Origin: Antedon mediterranea
Taxonomy: Eukaryota; Animalia; Echinodermata
Direction: 5' to 3'
Length of the DNA stretch: 64,000 bases
Assembly: GCF_964355755.1 (NCBI RefSeq)
Contig: NC_092671.1
Span: 6,820,001 to 6,884,000, forward strand
Below the pieces are notes generated by a model, which was given only the letters and a program-made list of their open reading frames with translations, was not told the origin of the DNA and ran no database searches. How positions within the stretch are numbered: position 1 is the first letter of the stretch; each line of letters begins with the position of its first letter. Below, one piece after another: positions 1 to 10,888 of this stretch. A program made the translations under genes and the position numbers.

Positions 1-1686
1 TGTGAAGATCTTGAACTTTTACCTTTGAACTTTGTTCAACCAATTGCACAAGCCATTAGGAGTCAGATTGAAGCCTTTCCTGCAGACAACAGTATTCTTG
101 AAGCTAACACTGACCAACGAGTCATTTTAAAAGTAAGTGACTAGTGTCTATATTAAGGACTTATAATACAGACCTACTTTTGTACTTTGTGTCCATACAG
201 ACAGAATCTTATTAATTTATAACAAGGGCTATGTAGATCAGTGTATTGAGGTAACCACCTACTCATGTACAGGTGTTTTTAAAGTGAGCAAGTTATGCCC
301 AATTGAATCTACTGTTTATTGTCCTAAATAAGACCTGTTTTACCACCATTTTATTTTGTGTGTTCAATTGTTGCATTATTAACATAATTTTATTTTTTAC
401 TATATTCCATTTACATTTTATAATAATTATTTAATTGTATTTTTAATATAGTATTGTATTTAGTGTATTCTGTAATTAGGCCTTTGGTTTTTTTATAAGA
501 TGTGATTTGAAATAAAAATTTATTTTTTCTTTCAGCTCAATGTCCATGTAGGCAATGTATCATTAGTAGACCAATTTGAATGGGACATGTCAGAAAAAGA
601 TAATAGTCCAGAGGAATTTTCACTAAAACTGTGTGCTGAACTAGGCCTAGGAGGAGAGTTCATAACGGCTATTGCATACAGTATTCGGGGTCAGTTGAGT
701 TGGCATCAGAGAACGTATGCATTTAGGTAAGCCGCTCTACGTCTAAATTTAGCCTGTAGAGAATTTTTAAAGGCAGTAATAATTGGAGAAGTAGTCCACT
801 CGGCTTAAATGGTTACTCGCCTTAAATGGGCGGGTATCATACCTAGTGTATACAATCTATATTTATGTATAGAAAAAGAAAAGATGTTGAGTACTGTGCC
901 TGTTTGGTTGATATTTAATTTGTGTTTTAAGATTGTAAATACTGGTTATATCGTTTTTTAAATGATTATTATATTATTTGTTCACTCATAAGCCAGAATT
1001 GGCTGGCCTTTTAGTAATCAAGGGTGTGATTAAATAAAAAAATAAATAAAAGCATAAATATATTTTTGTTTGCACTTCAGCGAAGCACCGTTACCTACTG
1101 TAGAGATTGCGATTCGTAACCAAGGGGAAGCAGACTCCTGGTGCCCCTTCCTAGAGACGTTAACAGATGCAGAAATGGAAAAGAAGATAAGAGATCAAGA
1201 TAGAAACACAAGGTAACACTATCAGGAATTTATAATTCTTTCAATAATATAGTGTGACAAAAAAAAAGTGTAAATCATACATGGCTATGTATTACTATTC
1301 TTTATTAATAACCTGTAAAATGTACTGAAGCAATACCAACATGTGTAACTGTATTATCATTTTTATTAAACCTAATGTATATGTATGATCTGTTATTGTG
1401 CATTTCTGAATTTAATACTGTATACATTATCAAACTTATCTGTGATAACCCATATTTAATCTCTTATATTTTCACCTGACTCACTGCCCCCCCCCCTCCC
1501 AAATCCAAAAAAAAAAAATTCTCTAAGAGTAGAGTGAATAGCATTTCACAATCTTTTTTGCTTATGAATATTAATTATTAGTTATTTTCATTATGAATCA
1601 TAATAATTTCTATCAAATAAAATAAATTGTAAATTTTATTTTTCAGACGAATGAGAAGACTTGCAAACACAGCACCATCTTGGTAA
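1..1686 (+). CDS. SMARCB1: SWI/SNF core subunit SMARCB1/SNF5/INI1, last four coding exons (5' part outside window)
   Basis: GT-AG exons 1-132, 536-726, 1081-1212, 1647-1686 splice in frame to ...[49 protein letters not shown]...[37 protein letters not shown], the highly conserved SNF5 C-terminus. Confidence 0.97.
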
Positions 1687-2358
1687 CAACTACAGTCACA
1701 GAAGTTAGAGCAAAGCTACGAACCTCACGTTCATGTTTATGATGCATTGGCATTTGGACTGCAGGAATTAAAATACTTTGTACAAATTACAATGTAAATT
1801 GTCAATGATTAAAAGTGGTACAAAAAACAGTGAAGACATACCACGATATTGTTACATACATCAGTATCTATAGTATATACAAAGTAATTTGGTTTAATCA
1901 TAGCAGAACATTATACTAACAAGTGTGTTGAATGATTGAAAAGTAGTACTGTATTGTACCCTTTCTTTAGTAACTTAAGTGGGTGACCTCTAGTATTGAC
2001 ATACTATCTGATTTCAAAAAGAAGAATTCAGTGCTCATGGTAAAAAATAATCAAGACCATTCAAGATGATGTCATCATGAGTCGATGCATCATGAGCCGA
2101 TGATGTCATCATGAGCACATTGCTGCTCTAGGCTAATAAATCTAAGTCTACTTTCAACTGAAAGATCTCTCAACTTCATTACATCCACAGCAATGGATCC
2201 AATGTAGTGTATAGTGGGTCTTTTAATAAAACTACACAAATTTCATACAATGTGCTCATAATGTTCACACTGTTGTTACCCTATTTATGATTCTACAATG
2301 CTAGCTTACTAATGCTTACACTTTTTAGAATGTATCGCTTCTACAACTATTTAATACC

Positions 2359-4270
2359 CTGGGGCGGATCCAGACATTTTTGAGAGGGGGGGGGGGGTCC
2401 GCCGATAAAAAGGGCACATCAGATATTGAGTATTTGAGCCACAGCCCCCCCCCCCCCCCCCCCCCCATGGTGGGGGTTGTGGCGAAGCGAATTTTGGTAC
2501 AGGACACACTTAGATGGCCGGAAATGGTACTCTCGCACGCAAAATCCATGATAAATGGCACCTTTCTAGTTCGCCGGAAATGACACTTTATTAGTAGGGA
2601 TAACGATGCAAAATTAAAAGTTGTTATTTTTCAACCAATTTAAACATTATCTGTTGGTGTTTTGTTTCAATATTCCAATAAAGAAAGAATTACGAAAATC
2701 TGACTTGTAGTTTTCGAAATAATAGGGTCTAAAACATTGCCGAAAATGATTGTTTTTAGCCACGAATGTTGTAAACAAATTGCGCCATTTTTCGCTAAAA
2801 TAATTACATATCACGTTTTAAAGTAATTTCTTTTATATCAACATTGGAAATATAAAAAAAAAAGAGTTGTTTATTTAACGAGATTCGTACAAATTCATTG
2901 CTCAAAATTTGTGTAGTAACGTTCAGTACAGAGAGATCACAGAGAATTATGTTTACAGTTCAATTATTTTCAGAATAATAATAAATAAAAATGTGTTTAC
3001 CAATGGACAAATAATCGCGTCAATGACATAGCGGGCATGGTAACGTACGCGGAGTTGAATCGTAAAAAGTTTACATGCTCCCTCTGTAGTATGTGAAACG
3101 ACGATCTATATTTAGAAGTTTAAGTAGAGATCATCACGCGTCACCACCTCTCACGATGCTCTTTGATCGGCCGCCGTAACTTAACATCGCGCGCATAAAT
3201 TTCTGTTTTTATTTTTGGGGTTAGTGTAACCTACTCTGTGCATACTAATATACACACAAATATGCCACACGAATAAAATATTGAACCTCTAAAAAAAGGG
3301 CACCCTTAACATTTAGGGGGGGGGGGGGGTTCCGGACGCGATTTTTTTTTTCGTACATAAGTTGGGGACCCCTCATGAAACGTCACAAAATAAACATGAA
3401 TAATTCATCAGTTAAATGTTCTTGTTCCGTGTGCACCCAAGCGTATAGCAACAAGAAGTGATTACACAAGTGCGGTACGATTCTAGGCCTATCTCCGCGC
3501 TGTTGTTGTTGTTTCATAGAAGAATAGCGGCGTTTTGTGTGGATTGTCGAAATAATCAGCCTTTAGTTTATGATAGTGTTTTTAATATAATTTACTAAAG
3601 AATTACGTGTTAAAATTATAGTTTCTATTAATACTATTAGGCCTAGGCCTAATTATTAGTCTCTAGACATATGTCTATTCTAGTAGAGCTGTGTGTGTGT
3701 TATAGGTATGACACAATCCGAGTAATAAGTCAACAAAATTAAACAATAAACATTACACAAAAATACATTTTTTTATTCTCGTGGGTCTAATCTTCCCATC
3801 TCATGTGTTCATATACGCGCATTTTTAAAGTTCCTTTGAGTACATGCATTGTTTGATAATAAAATAGCAGAATAAAAAAAAAATACAGTACACAAATTAT
3901 ACACATTCTTTATTCTTGTGGGTCTAAGCTTTCTTTGGGCTATGTCCAATGAATTACTACTTAGTTTAATGTCTTGCCTAGCTGTCGATTAGCCTCGACT
4001 CGACACATTTTGTGTGAAGAAGAGTCGAGTGCGCGAAGGCAATCGCGTGAATTGACTTACCTAGGCCTACTGTAGAAAGTATCGTATCGCAGTTGTGTAA
4101 TCGCTTCTTGTTGCTATACGCTTGGGTGCACACGGAACAACAAATTTAACTGATGAATTATTCATGTTTATTTTGTGACGTTTCATGAGGGGGTCCCCAA
4201 CTTATGTACGAAAAAAAAAATCGCGTTCCGGACCCCGTGGACACCCCCCCCCCCCTTGGATCCGCCCCAG
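2359..4270. mobile_element. Non-autonomous hAT-like TIR element with 5-bp TSD
   Basis: 13-bp TIR CTGGGGCGGATCC / GGATCCGCCCCAG, flanked by ATACC on both sides (2354-2358, 4271-4275); subterminal G/C runs; no transposase ORF. Confidence 0.75.
3338..4224. mobile_element. Mutator (MULE)-like MITE nested in the 2359-4270 element
   Basis: ~145-bp TIRs (GCGATTTTTTTTTTCGTACATAAGTTGGGGACCCC...) and 9-bp TSD GTTCCGGAC (3329-3337, 4225-4233). Confidence 0.8.
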
Positions 4271-4875
4271 ATACCATGATTTTGTATAATAAAAATGTTC
4301 AGAACCAACAATTTGCTAATTCTACTTCTCAACAATCGGCTAAACAATGCAGTCAACTTCCAGAAAATTGCACATTTTCCAATGCATACTGTAGTTGTAG
4401 GTTTTCAAATAGTTTCAGATCTAAATTCTACACTAGGCTACTCTAGAATTTTTTTTCGAAAAATGTTAGTGCCCTGTATTGAGAGAGTTGGCTGTATAAT
4501 GTGGTTGGTTGGCCTACTAGGGTCATATGACCTTTATCCCCATGATAAATCTTTATTTTTGTTGAAGACATTACTTGAAAAAAGGCACTATGGGTATTTA
4601 ATTAGGAGAATTGCTATTTTTATTTTTATATATTAAATTTTATTTTGTTGATGATAAGGGTGAAGCGGAGAGGGGTCACTGCTAAAACAATACCGCACGG
4701 AAGTAATATTCAAGTTAAAGTGCATTTTTCATGTAATAATGTTCAGTTTTAAGGGGTTGTCTGCATTTACTATCAGTGCCACTTCGATAAGTTTCAATGC
4801 AAAATTGACTTGAATTCTCTAGCCTTAAAATTCAATTTCAAAATAATTATCGATTTATGTTGCTTGAATGGTTAT

Positions 4876-5277
4876 TGTAAAGTTTGACTTTATATCTTGT
4901 TTAATGGTTTAGCGCCCTCTCTAGTTCTAGATAATAAGAGTGGGTCAGAGGTCATGTTGACCATGTGAATCTTTGAATTGGTGATTGATACGCACATCTT
5001 ATGAGAATTCCCGTGAAATATAACCTTAATGTAGACGTAATAGTGTAAGTTCTTTGAGTAGTGCATTCACTGTATTGTACTTTGATATTATTATATACTG
5101 TAGCTCTAATGAGTTTTTTGTCTAGTTTGCTTTTGGGAGCTTTATACAGTGGTCTAGGCCTAGCTTTATGCATGTGTTTATGTAATTTGTTATTGTTGTT
5201 GCAGATTTCGAACATCTGATCATTGTTGAATTAAAGTTGTTTGGAAACGTTAACGTGTGACACGGGTCTTCTTTACA
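4876..5277 (+). repeat. 5' LTR of BEL/Pao element
   Basis: Direct repeat of 9332-9733, TG...CA ends. Confidence 0.95.
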
Positions 5278-5481
5278 TTCGAAATACTGTGTTCTACGTG
5301 CACAGTGAGAAGTGACAGCACTCTGCTGACCTGTTTATGAACCTGCTCATCACGCACTCAAGTTACCGTTCTTTCGGTGTGATACCAATATTTGACTGCG
5401 CCAGGAGCTACATCCTTGTATTACTGTATACACAGAACTGTATTCACTTGAATCACCGACTTTAATTTTATTCTATAAAAC

Positions 5482-8400
5482 ATGGCTGACCCCGATTATA
5501 AGAAATTGAGACGTATTGCCAAGGGACGTTTTACAAGAATTTGTAATTCTATCGTCGCCGCAATTGACCAGAATAAAACAATAGAATATGTACATATGCT
5601 GAATGCTGACTTGAAGGAAGCCTGGAAATCAGTAAACGATCGACATGAATCAGTAGTTTTACAGTCTGCAAAGGACGAAGAGGAGAATGAGAATTGGATT
5701 GGCCAACTAGGGAAGACATATGATGAAGTAAGAGAAATGATACTTAGACACAAAACACGCATTAATGAACAGCACATAGATTCTGAGGCAATTGACAGAA
5801 GGCATCTGCAGGAGGAAGAAGTCCAAATATCAGCAATGAGAGCGAAAAACGTTCGTAGCATACAACATGATGATTTTCAACAACTTTGCGATCAGATAAT
5901 CCAATTGATTAACAAGAATTCTGTTGAGGGTGTTAAAGCTGCAAGGGCTGACCTTGTAAAATTGATGGAAGACGTAAAAACTGCACATATGCAATACGTT
6001 TCCATGCTTCCCAATGAAGAGGCAATAAATGAAAATCTGTGGCTCCAGTCAGTACGTGATAAGTACGGCGAGACCAGTAGTGCTGTTGCTATATTTTTGG
6101 AGCACCTCGACAAAAGCAAAACTCAGAAGACAGTAGATGAAAAGAGAAAAGGCGGTATACAATTGGAAAAAATGCGATTGCCAACCTTTGACGGAGATGT
6201 AAGGGCCTACCCTAGATTCAAAACAGACTTTCTAAAATTCATTTTGCCTGAGACCACAAGGGATCAAGCAGCATTCGTTTTGCGGAAATCTCTTGGAGAA
6301 AAACCTCTACAAGTTGTAGGCGCCGTAGATGATGATATCAACGAAATATGGAAGCGATTGGATGAGCGGTATGGCGACCCAATAAAATTAGCAGATGCCG
6401 TTATGCATGACTTTGAAAGTATCGACTCACTCAAAGACGGAGACGACAAAAGATTTGTTGAGTTTGTCGACATCATCGAGAGAGGTCATAATGACCTACG
6501 GAAATTAGGAATGGAGAAGGAAATGTCCAACACCAGAGTGGTTAGTGACATTGAGAGGAGATTGCCACCTGCTATTCGAAGAGAATGGTCACGGTCATTA
6601 TATGATGAAAAAGCAGTAATTGATAGAACTGACAGATTTCCTGCGCTTCTTAAATTTTTAGTGAGGGAAAAGAAAAGTGTAGAATACGAAGTGTCGGGAG
6701 TGAGATCGAAGCCGTCTTCGCGCTTTACCATTAACACCACAAACATTGAAGAGAGAAACGACGCACCCAAATCTGAAAACAACAAGAACTGCTTAGTCCA
6801 TGACATGGGCCAGCATACCACGCCTGAATGCCGGGCTTACATTGCAATGAACCTATCTGACAAAACACAACTTGTTAGGGCCAAGGGTGCATGTTTTGGC
6901 TGCCTAGTAAGAGGGCATCGTATAGCTGAATGCAAAAACAAACGACAATGTGGTGTATCTGAATGTTCACGCTTACACCACTCAAGCCTACATGACGATA
7001 CTGTTGGAGACAATAGTCAACCCAAAACAACATTAAATCACCACACGGGGGTCGCCACTTCTAAACAAACTGGAGCCTGCCTTTTGCAGTTGATGAGCAT
7101 AAAGGTGGGAGCTGGGCATATGAATGTCTTGTTTGATGGCTGTGCAACGGCATCTCTCGTAACAAACAAATCGGCAAGGGCAGCCAAGCTTAAGGGTCAG
7201 CCTCTGAAAATTGCCATTACGAAGATTGGAGGACTAACAGAGGAAATAGACAGTTTCCATTATATTGTACCTCTAATCGACAAACAGGGATCCGTGATCA
7301 ACATATCTGCATACGGTATTGACCAGATTACGTCAAATATAGAATGCATAGCAGTGCAGCATGTAGTGGGACTATTCAGTAAAGTCCGATTTGAAGAGAT
7401 CAAGCGACCAACTGGCCAAGTTGACTTGCTTGTAGGATACGAGTACGCAGGTTATCACCCAATAAGAATGGAAGCTGCGGAACATCTACTTTTGCTCGAG
7501 AACCGATTTGGAAAATGCTTGGGCGGTTCACATCCAACCCTAAAAGAAAATACAACAACGCTTGTAAAGACTGCAGCATTAATACATCATGTTACAACTT
7601 GCAGTTTGGATTCATTTATTAAGATGGCAGGAATGGGTGTTCAGTGCAACCCTCAATGTGGTAGCTGTCGTTGTGGGAGATGTCCCGTTGGCGCAAAGGA
7701 ATACACACTGAAGGAAGAAAGGGAATTGGCGTTGATCGAGAAAAATCTCAAATTTTGTGGTTCTCATTGGATTGCAGAATATCCCTGGATTAAAGACCCA
7801 GCTGAATTGCCAAATAATCGAAACGCCGCACTTTTCGCTCTAAAATCTCTTGAGAATAGGTTAAAAAAGGATCCAGAGAAGGCTGTTGCATACAACACGA
7901 AAATGAAAAACATGTATAAAATGAAAAAAATTGCCGGCGCTTTAAATGTTCTAACAGCAAATGACATCAATGAAGCCGAACTCTTGTGGATTATCGAGTG
8001 CCAAAAACCAATAATGGACATGCTCATAAACAATGAAAAACGATTCGATGACCAGTATGCTAAGCTATCACCTAGAGTACAAGATGATGGTGTGATTGTA
8101 GTAGGAGCTCGTGCGCAGAGGCATATTAACTTTAGCTACAACAACCAAGAAGTACCGCTATTGACAGCAAACCATCGATTTTCGAAACTATATGTTACAC
8201 ATGCACATAATAGGAGTCATTGTGGTGTACAGTCTACCGTATCCCTTGTTCGTTTGAGGTATTGGATTCTGAATTTACAGAGATTAGCCAAAAGCATCAG
8301 ACACCATTGTGTTCCTTGTAGGAAGAGAGAGAAAGACATGTCCGGACAACAGATGGGACAATTACCTATTGAGCGATTGAAGCCCTCTCCACCATGGTCA

Positions 8401-9312
8401 TTCATCGGTGTTGACTTGTTTGGTCCATTTATAACTCGTGGCGAAGTAAACAAGAGAGCAAGAGGAAAAGCTTATGGAATCATATTCACCTGTTTTGTTA
8501 CTCAAGCCGTATATCTAGACCTCGCCACGGACTACAGCACAACTGGATTTCTACAAGCATTTCGTAGATTTGTGTCCATAAGAGGATACCCCACTGAGAT
8601 ATACAATCAATTAGTTTCTGCTTCGAAGGAGTTAAAAGGGGTAATTGACGGATGGCAGGAGAGTGATCTTCATGATTTCGGCATCACCAAAGGTACTACT
8701 TGGAAGTTTTCAGCCGCGGATTCTCCCTGGCAAAATGGAGTAACAGAGATACTGAACAAAGGTATAAAGAAAGGTATACATCATGCCATTGGTGGACAAG
8801 TTCTTCCATTTAACGAATTACAAACCGTGCTATTTGAGGTAGCCAACTTGGTTAACGAAAGGCCAATTGGGAGACATCCAACCGATCCCGAAGATGGGGC
8901 ATACTTATGTCCAAATACGATTTTATTGGGACGTGCTACAACCAGAGTACCGAGTGGACCATGGAGAGCTACCAATAACATTAGAAACCGTATCGAATTT
9001 GTACAAAGCTTAATAAAGTCTTTCTGGGGTAAATGGAACAGAGATTACTTCCCATCATTAATAGTTAGACAAAAATGGCATCATGAGAAGAGAAATATGC
9101 AGATCGGAGATGTCGTGTTGGTGCAGGATAGCAACACCGCCCGTGGGAAATGGAGGATGGGATTGGGTTCCAGTGTGTATCCAGACATAAACGGAAAAGT
9201 GAGAACGGTGCAAGTTGAATTAAGAAATGAAGATAGAAATGCGAAGCAGACTGTAACTCGTGCAGTGCAACGATTGATCGTTCTAGTGGCAGTAGACGGC
9301 ATTAATGAATAG
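5482..9312 (+). CDS. BEL/Pao Gag-protease-integrase polyprotein lacking RT/RNase H (1276 aa)
   Basis: BEL-type gag (LEKMRLPTFDGD...), three Cys/His knuckles, protease-like VLFDGCAT, CNPQCGSCRCGRC, HHCC zinc finger, integrase core GVDLFGP...PWQNGVTE, C-terminal W..YFPSL..RQKW. No YVDD RT motif present. Confidence 0.9.
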   Translation: MADPDYKKLRRIAKGRFTRICNSIVAAIDQNKTIEYVHMLNADLKEAWKSVNDRHESVVLQSAKDEEENENWIGQLGKTYDEVREMILRHKTRINEQHIDSEAIDRRHLQEEEVQISAMRAKNVRSIQHDDFQQLCDQIIQLINKNSVEGVKAARADLVKLMEDVKTAHMQYVSMLPNEEAINENLWLQSVRDKYGETSSAVAIFLEHLDKSKTQKTVDEKRKGGIQLEKMRLPTFDGDVRAYPRFKTDFLKFILPETTRDQAAFVLRKSLGEKPLQVVGAVDDDINEIWKRLDERYGDPIKLADAVMHDFESIDSLKDGDDKRFVEFVDIIERGHNDLRKLGMEKEMSNTRVVSDIERRLPPAIRREWSRSLYDEKAVIDRTDRFPALLKFLVREKKSVEYEVSGVRSKPSSRFTINTTNIEERNDAPKSENNKNCLVHDMGQHTTPECRAYIAMNLSDKTQLVRAKGACFGCLVRGHRIAECKNKRQCGVSECSRLHHSSLHDDTVGDNSQPKTTLNHHTGVATSKQTGACLLQLMSIKVGAGHMNVLFDGCATASLVTNKSARAAKLKGQPLKIAITKIGGLTEEIDSFHYIVPLIDKQGSVINISAYGIDQITSNIECIAVQHVVGLFSKVRFEEIKRPTGQVDLLVGYEYAGYHPIRMEAAEHLLLLENRFGKCLGGSHPTLKENTTTLVKTAALIHHVTTCSLDSFIKMAGMGVQCNPQCGSCRCGRCPVGAKEYTLKEERELALIEKNLKFCGSHWIAEYPWIKDPAELPNNRNAALFALKSLENRLKKDPEKAVAYNTKMKNMYKMKKIAGALNVLTANDINEAELLWIIECQKPIMDMLINNEKRFDDQYAKLSPRVQDDGVIVVGARAQRHINFSYNNQEVPLLTANHRFSKLYVTHAHNRSHCGVQSTVSLVRLRYWILNLQRLAKSIRHHCVPCRKREKDMSGQQMGQLPIERLKPSPPWSFIGVDLFGPFITRGEVNKRARGKAYGIIFTCFVTQAVYLDLATDYSTTGFLQAFRRFVSIRGYPTEIYNQLVSASKELKGVIDGWQESDLHDFGITKGTTWKFSAADSPWQNGVTEILNKGIKKGIHHAIGGQVLPFNELQTVLFEVANLVNERPIGRHPTDPEDGAYLCPNTILLGRATTRVPSGPWRATNNIRNRIEFVQSLIKSFWGKWNRDYFPSLIVRQKWHHEKRNMQIGDVVLVQDSNTARGKWRMGLGSSVYPDINGKVRTVQVELRNEDRNAKQTVTRAVQRLIVLVAVDGINE

Positions 9313-9331
9313 TTTGTTTCGTGGGGCGGAA

Positions 9332-9733
9332 TGTAAAGTTTGACTTTATATCTTGTTTAATGGTTTAGCGCCCTCTCTAGTTCTAGATAATAAGAGTGGG
9401 TCAGAGGTCATGTTGACCATGTGAATCTTTGAATTGGTGATTGATACGCACATCTTATGAGAATTCCCGTGAAATATAACCTTAATGTAGACGTAATAGT
9501 GTAAGTTCTTTGAGTAGTGCATTCACTGTATTGTACTTTGATATTATTATATACTGTAGCTCTAATGAGTTTTTTGTCTAGTTTGCTTTTGGGAGCTTTA
9601 TACAGTGGTCTAGGCCTAGCTTTATGCATGTGTTTATGTAATTTGTTATTGTTGTTGCAGATTTCGAACATCTGATCATTGTTGAATTAAAGTTGTTTGG
9701 AAACGTTAACGTGTGACACGGGTCTTCTTTACA
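9332..9733 (+). repeat. 3' LTR of BEL/Pao element
   Basis: Direct repeat of 4876-5277, followed by TSD GTTAT. Confidence 0.95.
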
Positions 9734-10888
9734 GTTATACACAACTAAATAACTTGCATACGTAAGTAATTAGGGATATATGCTCCATGGTAACGGAGAG
9801 CTTTGCTATAGCGATGTATTGTGACGTAACGATTGGAAATTCCAGTTTTACGAAAAAGAACGGAACGGCGATTTATTCTGTTTTTATTACCGAAATCATT
9901 TATTATAAAGTAAGTGTTTGGTCTCAAACTAGTTTATATTTAGAGAGGGCGCATTATTAAGAAAATGACGTCATTTTAGGACCATGTGAGGAGAGGTATC
10001 TTGCATTAGAGAGGAGAGGATGTATGATCATAGCTGTGACTTTAATTATAGGATATTGTTTAATTTTTGATATTTACTTGAATTGTGTATGTACTGCAGA
10101 TAGCGGGTGACTTTGCTATTTTCGGTAAGCTGCATTCCGCTACATTTATTGATCAATAACTCATACAGATTTAATGTTATTAGGCCAAGTTCTATTGAGA
10201 CACTGTTCTAAGAAATCCAACCTCCCCATAATTCTCAAACCCCTTGTGTCAATCAAATGACGTCATCGGTTATTTATTAACATAAATCCGCCCATAATTT
10301 TCAACCCCCCCCCCCCCCTCTAGTCTTTATGTGTTAGTCCAGTAAAATATCACCTTCACCTGCATAACGTTAGTAGTCAACGAGATTCTCACCGTAGGTT
10401 CTAAACATTATGTAAAGATCATTTATTGATGTTGCGTCGTTAAAGGAAGGAATCGAATCAAGGGCATTATTACTTGTTTACTATTTATGATGTTTTCCCC
10501 AAAAATAATTACTAGTAGTAGTATGTACATTTTGCGAATTGTAGATGTACCGGCGGTATGAAATTAGAAAAAGCTGTTTACGCGGTCTGTAGCCTAACGA
10601 TATAATAATAATTATATAATAATATAAAATAATTGTTACTTTTTTCTGATAAATCATTATGAATATGTTTAAGTGAGCCTAGATAAGTTTTTTTTTAAAC
10701 AAACATTTTAGATTGTGTAATGTGATGTAGTTTAAAATTTTCAATATTATAAAATGTAACAACTGTATACTGACAGTACCGGTGACATGCAATATTACTA
10801 GCTGATTGACCAGTTGTTTATTTAAAAGAAAAAAAATATTTTCAAAAGAATGAAGTCTACCAACCCGTCAACCTTTAACATCATAAAA

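Larger units (their letters stand above)
4876..9733 (+). mobile_element. BEL/Pao LTR retrotransposon, non-autonomous (RT/RNase H deleted)
   Basis: 402-bp LTRs at 4876-5277 and 9332-9733 (TGTAAAG...CTTTACA), identical as far as I can read; 5-bp TSD GTTAT; purine-rich tract GTGGGGCGGAA before the 3' LTR; single internal ORF. Confidence 0.95.

Noticed and set aside
2066-2116. GATGATGTCATCATGAG short repeat in the SMARCB1 3' region
   Set aside because: Three degenerate copies only; no supportable function.
2325-2583. Poly-Gly/poly-Pro ORFs
   Set aside because: Translation of G/C homopolymer runs in a transposon terminus.
4952-5215. 87-aa minus-strand ORF present twice (also 9408-9671)
   Set aside because: It is identical only because it lies in the two LTRs; no recognisable protein features.
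5496-9302. Multiple minus-strand ORFs over the BEL ORF (likewise over the LINE, TRIM, GAMT and ADAM10 exons)
   Set aside because: Antisense shadows of real coding frames.
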